From positions 324,876 through 388,875 of the forward strand of contig JAJDCB010000030.1 in assembly GCA_029261065.1 (NCBI GenBank): a stretch of DNA of 64,000 nucleotides. Direction: 5' to 3'. Shown one piece after another: positions 8,456 through 17,087 of the stretch (the first letter of the stretch is position 1; each line of letters opens with the position of its first letter). The notes under the pieces were generated by a model. That model had not been told where the DNA came from. It made no database searches and saw nothing but the letters and a program-made list of their open reading frames with translations. The stretch comes from Candidatus Omnitrophota bacterium (GTDB lineage Bacteria > Omnitrophota > Gorgyraeia > Zapsychrales > Zapsychraceae). The position numbers and the translations under genes were made by a program.

Positions 8456-9436
8456 ATGGCTGTACGCACAAAAATTCTATGTCTTTTTATTATTTCATTA
8501 ATCACACTTATGATAGCCCCTTTGTTAGGGGCGAAGTTGATAGGGTTTAGTGATATTTTTGACGCGTCAAAAAACAATATTGATTCAGATGTGTTTTGGC
8601 AGATGCGTTTGCCGCGTGTATTAGTTGCCTTTATGGCTGGGGCTATATTTGCATTAAGCGGCATGGTCTTTCAGGCGTTGTTTCGCAATCCTTTGGTATC
8701 ACCTTTTACGTTAGGCGTGTCCGCCGGAGCTTCTTTCGGCGCATCCGTTTATATTTGGTTAGGTTTGGCGGTAAGCTTTTTAGGGATATCAGGCATATCA
8801 TTATTTTCTTTTTGTGGTGCGATGTTATCGATTGTTATTGTGTGGTCCTTAGCCAAGATGAAGGGAGGAACATCGGTAGCCACGATGTTGTTAGCCGGGG
8901 TTGCTGTTAGTTTCTTTTTTGGAAGTTTAATCTTATTCGTTCAATATTTAAGTGGCGTGGTGGAAGCCTTTAAAATTTCTCGGTGGTTAATGGGTGGTTT
9001 ATTTGTTTTTGGATATAAACCCGTTTTTGACATTCTACCCTTTGCCTTAATTGGTTTATGTTCTGTTTGGTACTTTACACATGAGTTAAATATTTTTACA
9101 ACAGGTGAAGAATTAGCCATCGCGCGTGGCGTGGATGTTGAGCGCACGGTCAAAATATTATTCTTTCTAATCTCCATCATGATCGGTGGCGTTGTCTCGG
9201 TCTGCGGCCCCATTGCCTTCATCGGCATCATCGCCCCCCACATCTGCCGCCTCATCGTAGGCCCCGATCACCGCTATCTCACGCCCGCCACATTTCTTTT
9301 CGGCGGCCTCTTCCTAACCATCTGCGACGCCCTATCCCGATCCCTCATAGCCCCCGCCGAAATCCCTGTAGGCATCATCACAGCCTTGCTTGGCGGTCCG
9401 TTTTTTTTGTGGTTGTTGGTTAAAAAAAGCTTATGA
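8456..9436 (+). CDS. btuC: ABC importer permease, FecCD/BtuC family
   Basis: About 10 TM helices and FecCD-family conserved blocks. ATG lies immediately after the btuD stop, with an AGGTGGGTG RBS. Confidence 0.75.
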   Translation: MAVRTKILCLFIISLITLMIAPLLGAKLIGFSDIFDASKNNIDSDVFWQMRLPRVLVAFMAGAIFALSGMVFQALFRNPLVSPFTLGVSAGASFGASVYIWLGLAVSFLGISGISLFSFCGAMLSIVIVWSLAKMKGGTSVATMLLAGVAVSFFFGSLILFVQYLSGVVEAFKISRWLMGGLFVFGYKPVFDILPFALIGLCSVWYFTHELNIFTTGEELAIARGVDVERTVKILFFLISIMIGGVVSVCGPIAFIGIIAPHICRLIVGPDHRYLTPATFLFGGLFLTICDALSRSLIAPAEIPVGIITALLGGPFFLWLLVKKSL

Positions 9437-9439
9437 TAT

Positions 9440-9540
9440 TATACCTTAAAGGGTATATTATAAGATAAATTATACCTTAATGGGGATAATTTATATGAAA
9501 TATACTTGAAATTATACCCGATTGGTGTTATATTTATATT
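9440..9540 (+). promoter_or_regulatory. HipB-operator-like palindromes (ATACC-N6-GGTAT and TATACC-N7-GGATAA) upstream of hipB
   Basis: Seen directly. Resembles the TATCC-N8-GGATA HipB operators (established for E. coli HipB). Confidence 0.3.
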
Positions 9541-9543
9541 GTT

Positions 9544-9777
9544 ATGGATGACAAAATACGAATAATAGATGGTGAGCCTATCTCTTTGCAAATAAAGAGT
9601 TTAAGAATGAAAAGTGGCTTAACTCAAGTTGAGTTTGCTAAACGGGTTGGGGTGGGCTTACGGTTTTTACGAGAGCTTGAGCAAGGGAAGACTACGGTAA
9701 GAATGGATAAGCTTGTACAGGTTTTGGATTTCTTAGGCTATCATTTAGATTTAAAGAAAAATGAACCGCAATATTAA
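9544..9777 (+). CDS. hipB: HipB-like XRE-family helix-turn-helix regulator
   Basis: 77-aa HTH protein (LTQVEFAKRVGV). First gene of a three-gene module. Confidence 0.7.
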   Translation: MDDKIRIIDGEPISLQIKSLRMKSGLTQVEFAKRVGVGLRFLRELEQGKTTVRMDKLVQVLDFLGYHLDLKKNEPQY

Positions 9778-9785
9778 AGGAAAAG

Positions 9786-10127
9786 GTGCTTATGAAGGTG
9801 TTAAGAAAAGCAAATGTTTTTTATATTAATGAATTGGCGGGGCATCTTACAGAGACTTCAGAAGGGTACATTTTTCAATACGATTCTAGCTTTTTAAAAA
9901 AGAATATCCCCATCTCTTTGACCTTACCTCCAAGGGAAGAGGCTTATGAATCAAAAGAATTATTTTTGTTTTTTAAAGGTCTTTTACCAGAAGGGTGGTA
10001 TTTGGATATCGTGAGTGCCACACAAAAAGTGGATAGCCAGGATTCATTTGGGGTCTTATTAGCTACGGCGAGTGTTGATACTATAGGTGCGGTTACGGTA
10101 AGGAAGGTCGATATTACAAATGAATGA
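9786..10127 (+). CDS. hipS: HipS-like protein (stand-alone HipA N-terminal subdomain)
   Basis: 113-aa protein between the HTH gene and the kinase gene, overlapping the kinase gene by 8 nt. Matches the HipB-HipS-HipT tripartite arrangement. Confidence 0.55.
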   Translation: MLMKVLRKANVFYINELAGHLTETSEGYIFQYDSSFLKKNIPISLTLPPREEAYESKELFLFFKGLLPEGWYLDIVSATQKVDSQDSFGVLLATASVDTIGAVTVRKVDITNE

Positions 10128-10983
10128 GAAATTTTTAAAAAAGATGTTTAATTCAACACGAACGCCGATAATAAATTTTGGTTTAGCCGATTTATCTCAA
10201 CAAGCGCAAAGATTAGCTGGAAAACTGTCCATCTCGGGTGTTCAGCCAAAATTATCCGTTAAGTTGGATAAAAAAAGTAATGAGTTAATTGTTGTTAATG
10301 ATGGGGGCGAATATATATTAAAACCACAAATCGCGACCTTCACGCATATTCCTGAGAATGAACAGTGTTGTATGGATATAGCAGAGAAGTTGGGTATTGA
10401 TATTCCTCTACATTGTTTGTTACCTTTAAAAGATAAAAGCTTTGCCTATGTCGTTAAAAGATTTGATCGAGATAAGGGTACAAAAATTCATCAAGAAGAT
10501 TTTGCGCAATTGCTTGAGCAAAATGATAAGTATAAAGGGTCTGTAGAGCATATTGGTCGAAAGTTAAAAGATATATCCTCAATTCCAGGTTATGATCTCC
10601 AATTGTTTTTTGAAAGGGTTGTCCTTAATTTTATCCTCGGGAATGGTGATGCCCATCTAAAAAATTATTCTATGTTATATAAAGATGGTAACACTCGATT
10701 AACTCCTGCCTATGATATTGTTTGTTCAAAGTTAGTTATCCCCGAGGAAGAAGACTCGGCCTTAACCATTAATGGTAAAAAGAATAATTTAAAAAGGGAT
10801 GATTTTGAGAAGTTAGCTGAGTATTTCAATATTCCTACGAAGGTTCGGTATGAAAAGTTTGAAGGAAAACTTGATGTAATGAACCAATGTATTGAATCTT
10901 CAAATATGAGTCAGGACAAGCAAAAGCGGTTTATCGAGATTATAAATGAGAGATTAAGACGTTTGGAGTTATTAAAAAGATAG
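10120..10983 (+). CDS. hipT: HipT-like Ser/Thr kinase toxin (HipA C-terminal kinase core)
   Basis: HipA catalytic motif GNGDAHLKNYS. Gly-rich loop SISGVQPKLS. Confidence 0.65.
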   Translation: MNEKFLKKMFNSTRTPIINFGLADLSQQAQRLAGKLSISGVQPKLSVKLDKKSNELIVVNDGGEYILKPQIATFTHIPENEQCCMDIAEKLGIDIPLHCLLPLKDKSFAYVVKRFDRDKGTKIHQEDFAQLLEQNDKYKGSVEHIGRKLKDISSIPGYDLQLFFERVVLNFILGNGDAHLKNYSMLYKDGNTRLTPAYDIVCSKLVIPEEEDSALTINGKKNNLKRDDFEKLAEYFNIPTKVRYEKFEGKLDVMNQCIESSNMSQDKQKRFIEIINERLRRLELLKR

Positions 10984-11090
10984 CAGGCGGTATATTTAAT
11001 AAAAGAAAATAGAATAAAAGAAAGAAATGTGAAGCTTTAGGTTTATCTGTTAATTTGATTTAATAAATTGTCTTTTTTGCCATCTCCACC

Positions 11091-11186
11091 CTCCTCATAG
11101 CCCCCGCCGAAATCCCCGTAGGCATCATTAAAGCTTTACTTGGGGGACCATTCTTCTTGTGGTTACTGGTGAAGAAGCGGTTATAA
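11091..11186 (+). repeat. duplicated copy 2 of the btuC 3' end (about 96 bp, about 85% identical, reading frame partly intact)
   Basis: Seen directly. CTCATAGCCCCCGCCGAAATCCCcGTAGGCATCAT...TTGTGGTT aligns with 9343-9436. Confidence 0.8.
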
Positions 11187-11285
11187 TTTCTCATAGTTAA
11201 TAATAATTGATAGTGTTTGGAAAAAGAGACAAATCATTGTAAACTTGTATTAATTATTCAAATTACATGAAATGGAGGAGAAGCT

Positions 11286-11507
11286 ATGACGACAAAAGAA
11301 ATTGAAAAAAGCGCATTGAAATTAAAGCCTCTTGAAAAAATTAAACTTGTCGATAAGTTATTAATTAGTCTAGATAAGCCCAATCCGGATATTGAACGGT
11401 TATGGCTAAAAGAGGCTGAATCTAGAGTTGATGCCTATGAGAAGGGTGAATTAAAAACTTCATCTTATGAAACAGTTAAAAAAAATACTAAAAGACGTAA
11501 AAAATGA
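11286..11507 (+). CDS. antitoxin of a ParE/RelE-type module (putative addiction-module component)
   Basis: 73 aa, charged C-terminus. Overlaps the downstream toxin gene by 4 nt (ATGA). Confidence 0.5.
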   Translation: MTTKEIEKSALKLKPLEKIKLVDKLLISLDKPNPDIERLWLKEAESRVDAYEKGELKTSSYETVKKNTKRRKK

Positions 11508-11797
11508 AAGTGTATCTTACTCTATTATCCAAAAAAGAATATCAAGAGGCTGTAGCGTATTATGACGAACAGAGTAGAGTGGTGGGAGATAAATTTATAG
11601 CTGAGGTTGAGGAGGCGATTGATTTGATTCGGTATTATGGGTTAGCATGGCCAAAAGTAACAAAGAATTTACGTAGATATGTCTTAAAGCGATTTCCTTA
11701 TATGATGTTGTACAAAATATATAAAGATCGAATCGTTATTTTTGCTATTGCCCATCAACATCGACATCCAAGTTATTACTTAAAGAGAACTTCTTAG
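11504..11797 (+). CDS. ParE/RelE-family toxin (plasmid stabilisation system protein)
   Basis: 97 aa. C-terminal H/R-rich region (AHQHRHPSYYLKR) typical of the ParE/RelE fold. Forms an operon with the upstream small gene. Confidence 0.55.
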   Translation: MKVYLTLLSKKEYQEAVAYYDEQSRVVGDKFIAEVEEAIDLIRYYGLAWPKVTKNLRRYVLKRFPYMMLYKIYKDRIVIFAIAHQHRHPSYYLKRTS

Positions 11798-11884
11798 AAT
11801 TGGCTGACACCTTTATTTTTTTGATTGATGTATGTAATATTTATGTTGCACTTGTAACATGAATGTTACAAGTCGGAAGCTACC

Positions 11885-11952
11885 TTCATCGCGCCCCCCG
11901 AAATCCCCGTAGGTATCGTTACGTCCTTGCTTGGAAAAGATTATAACTTCTG
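11885..11952 (+). repeat. duplicated copy 3 of the btuC 3' end (degenerate), preceded by the hairpin CTTGTAACAT-GAA-TGTTACAAG
   Basis: Seen directly. CCCCCCGAAATCCCCGTAGGTATCGTT...CTTGCTTGG aligns with copies 1 and 2. Confidence 0.7.
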
Positions 11953-12235
11953 AATTTTGACAAGGACATCTTTTATGACATATCTAGCATATAATTGTGT
12001 TATTTAATGATAAAAATATCATAAATTTCTGATTTCTCTTCCTTAATTATCCTACTTAAAATCATTTCATTTAACTATTCTAAGGATTTTAATCTCAAGA
12101 AAGAAAAAAGTCATCAAATAGCACCCTCACCCTATTGTGGTTTAATTTTGAGCTGTTTTAATTCGAAATTAATTATGATTCGGAGGAAAAAAGTAAACTA
12201 TTGAAATCACTAAAGTTAATTATTAAAGGAAAAAA

Positions 12236-12817
12236 ATGAAAAATTTGTTTTTTATTTTATTATTTGGTTTTTTTAGTTTAAGTGTATCCAATGTGTTTGC
12301 TGCGGTTATCGATGACAATGTTGTTTTAAATGCGTTTCGTATTGCCGTTGATGGACACCATTCGATTTTAAAAATGAAAGATGGTGTTGTTGACGTTTTT
12401 AAAGATAAAAGTGGGATTGATAAAGAAAGTTCGTTTAATCTTAATTATAACGCAGCAAGATCCGGAAATTCTTCCGCTTATTATTCTCCAGCAGTAAATA
12501 GCGATATGGTATTAATTTCTCAAACATTTCATGCCAGATCAAATGTTTCTAAGGCTCGAGTAATAGTTTTTATGGAAGATATCGATAGTGTTACTGAAGG
12601 CATAGATATAAAAGTTTATGTTAGTCGAGATGACACTTTTACCTGGGATAAAATTCCAACATTAACAGATGGTGGAGATTACGATCATGGAAAAAGAATG
12701 ATTTCTGGTAATATCACGGCTTTTACAAGTTCTGCTAATAATAAAATGGTTTTTAAGATTGAAACAGCCAAATCCAAAAATATGAAAATTTATGGAGTTG
12801 GTTTTTCTTGGGAATAA
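12236..12817 (+). CDS. secreted hypothetical protein (signal peptide, beta-rich)
   Basis: N-terminal signal peptide ending NVFA-A. RBS AAAGGA. Confidence 0.5.
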   Translation: MKNLFFILLFGFFSLSVSNVFAAVIDDNVVLNAFRIAVDGHHSILKMKDGVVDVFKDKSGIDKESSFNLNYNAARSGNSSAYYSPAVNSDMVLISQTFHARSNVSKARVIVFMEDIDSVTEGIDIKVYVSRDDTFTWDKIPTLTDGGDYDHGKRMISGNITAFTSSANNKMVFKIETAKSKNMKIYGVGFSWE

Positions 12818-12920
12818 TGTTGGTGTGTAAGCCAATTAAAAAGAAAGGAGGCAAGGAAAGATAAAGAAGGATCTTTAAAAAAGAAATCAAATTATAACTA
12901 AACAGAAAGGATTAGCAACA

Positions 12921-13442
12921 ATGAAAAAGTTTTTTATTTCTTTATTAGCTTTAGCGATTATTGGTAATGCTGGAAATCTTTTTGCTGCTGGTGATGCAAG
13001 AGGAGGGGCAGTTATTCCTCATGTACTATATAGGAATGTGTCTGCCTCTGAACGAATGGTACCAGCATATTTTATCTCAAATATTACTGCGGCAACTATA
13101 ACAGTAAGAATTAGGTTTTATGATAAGGCTGGAGCATTGATAACAGATGATGGTGTGGCAACATCTGGAACTATTCGCGGGACAAATGTTTCTAGTTATG
13201 ATGATAATATAACGGGGACTCCTGCTTCTGTTGAATTTGATTTAGGTGCAAATGATACAGGCTTTATTCAACTATTAGGTACTTCAACGACAGATTATGG
13301 CTACGCTGTTATTGATTGGGAACAATTAGACAGTGATGTAACAGTAGGTTTGGTTGCTCATGGATATGTAGATAGTATAATTAGTGCAGACACAACATAT
13401 TGGCGTTATGCTATACCAATTAATGGCGGGCTTCCATTCTAA
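12921..13442 (+). CDS. secreted hypothetical protein (signal peptide), possible distant paralogue of the previous gene
   Basis: Signal peptide ending NLFA-A. Gly/Thr/Asp-rich beta-type composition. Confidence 0.5.
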   Translation: MKKFFISLLALAIIGNAGNLFAAGDARGGAVIPHVLYRNVSASERMVPAYFISNITAATITVRIRFYDKAGALITDDGVATSGTIRGTNVSSYDDNITGTPASVEFDLGANDTGFIQLLGTSTTDYGYAVIDWEQLDSDVTVGLVAHGYVDSIISADTTYWRYAIPINGGLPF

Positions 13443-13468
13443 ATTGTAAAATGGCAAATTGATGAAAC

Positions 13469-13504
13469 AAGGCAAACCTGTTAGGTTTGCCTTGTTTTTT
13501 TATT
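13469..13504 (+). terminator. rho-independent terminator
   Basis: Stem CAAGGCAAACC / GGTTTGCCTTG followed by a T-run of 8 or more. Confidence 0.7.
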
Positions 13505-13633
13505 TTGAATTAATAAAAATGTTATTTTGGTACTTAAATTTTTTTAAAAGTGTTTTTATGTAACATGTTTGTTTTCAACAGCTTTCATTCTTTTGTGATT
13601 CGGTTTTTTCTGTTATCTATTAAAACATTATTC

Positions 13634-13661
13634 TTGACTCTTTGTTCCAGTGATCTATAAT
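13634..13661 (+). promoter_or_regulatory. near-consensus sigma70 promoter (TTGACT-16 bp-TATAAT) at the head of the polysaccharide locus
   Basis: TTGACT at 13634-13639 and TATAAT at 13656-13661. Confidence 0.5.
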
Positions 13662-13730
13662 ACTCATGTTCAATAATTGAACAGTCGTTTCAAGGATAAC
13701 CCCCAAATAAAAATTCGTACCTCGAAACTT

Positions 13731-14303
13731 ATGGATCACGAACACATTGATGAACGAGAGTTTGAGCTAATTAATATTGTTGGCGCCAAACTTGGTTCAA
13801 ATCAAAGAGATTTATCCCGCCACATGGACTTATCTTTGGGTTCCATCAATATGCTTTTGCGCAGACTCGTTGCCAAAGGTTTTATTCGCATTAATCAATT
13901 AGATAAAAGAAAAGTAGAATACATTCTCACACCACAAGGATTTACCGAGAAAATGCGTAAATCTATGAAATATACCCTTAAAACAATTAGTTCTATTGCT
14001 CTTATTAAAGATCGATTGAAAGAAGTGTTGTCGCATCTATACAAAGAAGGGGAGCGAAACTTTATCGTTTATGGAAAATCTGATCTCGCCCTTTTGGTTG
14101 CTCCTGTTTTTAATGATATTTCGTCTGATGATATTAAATTAACTTATATTGATCAATTATCGATAGAACAATTGCAGGGAACGCTTCTTGTTTGTCGTGA
14201 AAATTTTGATGCCTCAGCGGTTGATGGTCGCAAATATGTGCATTTACTTGAAGAAATTGCGAGTGACCCAAAATGGGTACAAACTAATTTAAGTTCGGTG
14301 TAA
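13731..14303 (+). CDS. winged-helix (MarR-like) transcriptional regulator with a C-terminal domain of unknown function
   Basis: wHTH segment LSRHMDLSLGSINMLLRRLVAKGFIRI. ATG at 13731 is preferred over the upstream TTG. Confidence 0.45.
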   Translation: MDHEHIDEREFELINIVGAKLGSNQRDLSRHMDLSLGSINMLLRRLVAKGFIRINQLDKRKVEYILTPQGFTEKMRKSMKYTLKTISSIALIKDRLKEVLSHLYKEGERNFIVYGKSDLALLVAPVFNDISSDDIKLTYIDQLSIEQLQGTLLVCRENFDASAVDGRKYVHLLEEIASDPKWVQTNLSSV

Positions 14304-14318
14304 AGGGAGAGAAACGTT

Positions 14319-15320
14319 ATGCAAAGAAACAAGGTTCTCGTTACAGGTGGAGCCGGTTTTATTGGAAGTCATGTGGTTGATCGACTGTTACAGGATCACC
14401 ATCAGATAACTGTTATTGATAATTTCTCGACGGGAAGACAGGCAAATCTTAATCATCTTAAAAGTAACCCTAATCTAACCATTATTGAAGCCGATATTCG
14501 CGATTTAGCTTCAATTGCGCCTCATTTTCAAAACATCGATATGGTTTTTCATCTAGCGGCATTAGCCGATATCGTACCCTCCATTGTTAATCCAACAGAA
14601 TATTATTCAGCCAATGTTATGGGATCTATGAATGTCCTTGAAGCTTCCCGGCAAGCAGGTGTTAAGCGTTTTGTTTATACCGCATCGTCTTCCTGTTATG
14701 GCATTCCAGATGAAACCGTAGCCACCAAAGAAACTCAAAGTATTGATACGCAATATCCGTATGCATTAACAAAATATATTGGCGAAGAAACCGCTTTTCA
14801 TTGGGCGAACATTTATGATCTACCTCTTGTGTCTTTAAGACTGTTTAATGTTTATGGTCCTCGTTCACGCACATCTGGAACGTATGGGGCTGTGTTTGGT
14901 GTGTTCTTGGCGCAAAAATTAAGTAATAAGCCGTTCACGGTTGTGGGTGATGGTGAACAGACGCGAGATTTTATTTTTGTCACGGATGTTGCTAACGCTT
15001 TTGTGACAGCCGCGTATTCTGAGGTTACCAACGAAGCTTTTAACGTAGGAACAGGAAAACCACAAAGTGTGAATAAGTTGGTGTCGCTTCTTGGTGGAGA
15101 AAAAATTCATATTCCCAAAAGACCTGGGGAACCAGATTGCACGTGGGCCGATATTACAAAGATTAAAAATCAACTGAGTTGGGCGCCGCAGGTTTCGTTT
15201 GAAGAGGGTGTGGGGGAGATTTTAAAAAATATTGATTATTGGAAGGATGCACCGGTTTGGACACCTGAGGCAATTGGAGAAGCTACGGAAGATTGGTTTA
15301 AGTATTTAGGGAAGAGTTAG
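14319..15320 (+). CDS. UDP-glucuronate decarboxylase (UXS/ArnA C-terminal-like) extended SDR
   Basis: VLVTGGAGFIGSHVVDRLL...VIDNFSTGRQANL closely resembles the UXS N-terminus. YxxxK motif present (YALTK). Confidence 0.6.
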   Translation: MQRNKVLVTGGAGFIGSHVVDRLLQDHHQITVIDNFSTGRQANLNHLKSNPNLTIIEADIRDLASIAPHFQNIDMVFHLAALADIVPSIVNPTEYYSANVMGSMNVLEASRQAGVKRFVYTASSSCYGIPDETVATKETQSIDTQYPYALTKYIGEETAFHWANIYDLPLVSLRLFNVYGPRSRTSGTYGAVFGVFLAQKLSNKPFTVVGDGEQTRDFIFVTDVANAFVTAAYSEVTNEAFNVGTGKPQSVNKLVSLLGGEKIHIPKRPGEPDCTWADITKIKNQLSWAPQVSFEEGVGEILKNIDYWKDAPVWTPEAIGEATEDWFKYLGKS

Positions 15321-15536
15321 CAAGAATAACCAAGTTACAAGATACAAGGTATCCCGCCGTCGGCGGGACCCCGCCAACGGCGGGGCAAAAAAGATACAAA
15401 AACCAATTACGGAACAACCAAACAGTTTGGTTATTTAGTTATTGGTGAATTGGTTATTTTTTGCCTTTGCGTCTAGAGACGCAGGTCACGGCCGAAGGCC
15501 GTGATATCTTGTAACTTGTACCTTGGTTATTCTTGC
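15320..15536. mobile_element. MITE-like element, copy B (217 bp), same TIRs plus a GC-rich hairpin insert (CCCGCCGTCGGCGGG / CCCCGCCAACGGCGGGG)
   Basis: Seen directly. Confidence 0.75.
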
Positions 15537-15551
15537 CAGGAGAGATACATC

Positions 15552-17087
15552 ATGAGCACTAACACAACAGAAAATAAAATCAAACCACGAGCCGAGTTAG
15601 CAAAGATCATTGCCCAAGAGAAAAAAAAGGGCAAGAAGGTCGTATTGTGTCATGGAGTTTTTGATTTGGTGCATTTAGGCCATATTCGTCATTTTAAGCA
15701 AGCGAAAAAAGAAGCGGATCTTCTCATTGTTTCGATTACAAAAGACAAACATGTCAAGCGCGGTCCGGGACGCCCTGTCTTTAATGAAATGTTGCGGGCT
15801 GAAACATTAGCGTCATTAGCGATGACCGATTATGTCTCTATTGTTGATTCTCCGACGGCCACAGATTTTATTAAAGCGATTAAACCAGACTTTTATGCCA
15901 AAGGTAACGACTATAAAGCTAAGGATAAAGATGTTACGGGGAAAATCTATGAAGAAGAAGACGCTATTGAATCCGTGGGAGGACGGCTTCTTTTTACGGA
16001 TGATATTACGTTTAGTTCCTCGCATCTCTTAAATAGTTACATTGATGCCTATCCGCCACAAACGACCAAGTTTTTACGAGCTTTAAAGAAGCGTTTTAGT
16101 GCTGATGATGTTATTCATTCTCTTGAAAAAGTAAAAAAGCTTAAAGCCTTGGTCATTGGTGATGCGATTATTGATCAGTATCATTACTGCAATCCTATGG
16201 GAAAATCCTCGAAAGAGCATCTTGTTGTGAATAAATATGAGTCTGAAGAGATGTTTGCTGGAGGAACGCTTGCGACGGCTAACAATGTGGCCAGCATTTG
16301 TGGAGAGGTTGATATGGTGACACTTTTAGGTCGAGAAAATGATCAGAAAGATTTTATAGAGAGTAAATTAGCCAAAAACGTTAATCCTATTTTTTTCTAT
16401 AGAGACGATGCCAATACGATTATTAAAAGGCGCTATGTTAATCAAGGTTCGGGGCGGAAGCTATTTGAAGTGTGTTTTATGAATGATGAAGAGATTAATA
16501 AAGATGTCGAATCTCAAATAAAGAAGTTTCTTCAAGCCTCGCTAAAAAAGTATGATGTGGTGGTTGTCTCAGATTTTGGACATGGTTTGTTAAGTAAGAA
16601 TTTGATTAAGCTCATTTGTCAGAAATCGAAATATTTAGCCGTTAATGTTCAAACAAATAGCGCCAATATTGGTTTTAATCTTGTTACGAAATATCCTTCG
16701 GCTAATTGTGTTTGTATCGATGAAATGGAGTTGCGATATGCAACACATGATAAGTTGGGGGATCTTAGAACGCACGCGAAGAAAGTGTACAGCCAAATGA
16801 ATTGTGATCATATTATTGCGACACGCGGTCCGCATGGATCGATTTGTTATTCAGAAGAAGCTGGATATCACAATACACCCGCTTTTGCCTATCGTGTTGT
16901 TGATGCTATTGGTGCGGGGGATGCCTTTTTTGCATATGTCGGCCCATGTTTTGCAGCAGGGTTACCTCAAGAATTGACAGCTTTTGTCGGTAATGCCGTA
17001 GGTTCCTTGGCTGTTCAAATTGTTTGTAATCGAGAGCCGGTTAATTTTGTTGAATTAAGTAAATTTATAACAAGGTTATTAAAATGA
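15552..17087 (+). CDS. bifunctional sugar-phosphate nucleotidyltransferase (cytidylyltransferase-like, N-terminal) / pfkB-family sugar kinase (C-terminal); HldE/RfaE-like with swapped domain order
   Basis: N-terminal HxGH motif CHGVFDLVHLGH. C-terminal pfkB signature DAIGAGDAF. RBS CAGGAGAG. Adjacent to gmhA. Confidence 0.6.
   Translation: MSTNTTENKIKPRAELAKIIAQEKKKGKKVVLCHGVFDLVHLGHIRHFKQAKKEADLLIVSITKDKHVKRGPGRPVFNEMLRAETLASLAMTDYVSIVDSPTATDFIKAIKPDFYAKGNDYKAKDKDVTGKIYEEEDAIESVGGRLLFTDDITFSSSHLLNSYIDAYPPQTTKFLRALKKRFSADDVIHSLEKVKKLKALVIGDAIIDQYHYCNPMGKSSKEHLVVNKYESEEMFAGGTLATANNVASICGEVDMVTLLGRENDQKDFIESKLAKNVNPIFFYRDDANTIIKRRYVNQGSGRKLFEVCFMNDEEINKDVESQIKKFLQASLKKYDVVVVSDFGHGLLSKNLIKLICQKSKYLAVNVQTNSANIGFNLVTKYPSANCVCIDEMELRYATHDKLGDLRTHAKKVYSQMNCDHIIATRGPHGSICYSEEAGYHNTPAFAYRVVDAIGAGDAFFAYVGPCFAAGLPQELTAFVGNAVGSLAVQIVCNREPVNFVELSKFITRLLK

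Noticed and set aside
8596-9255. ORFs of 104 aa on both strands inside the permease gene
   Set aside because: They are embedded in a conserved FecCD-family CDS, with Cys/Arg-rich antisense-type composition.
6536-9436. Interpretation of the transporter as heme/hemin uptake (hmuTUV)
   Set aside because: The TroA-like family alone cannot distinguish heme from B12. The upstream cobalamin riboswitch and BtuB-like plug motifs favour corrinoid uptake. Retained only as an alternative.
9786-10983. hipA pseudogene split by a frameshift
   Set aside because: Both frames are intact and overlap by 8 nt in the manner of translationally coupled genes. The sizes (113 and 287 aa) match the HipS/HipT split.
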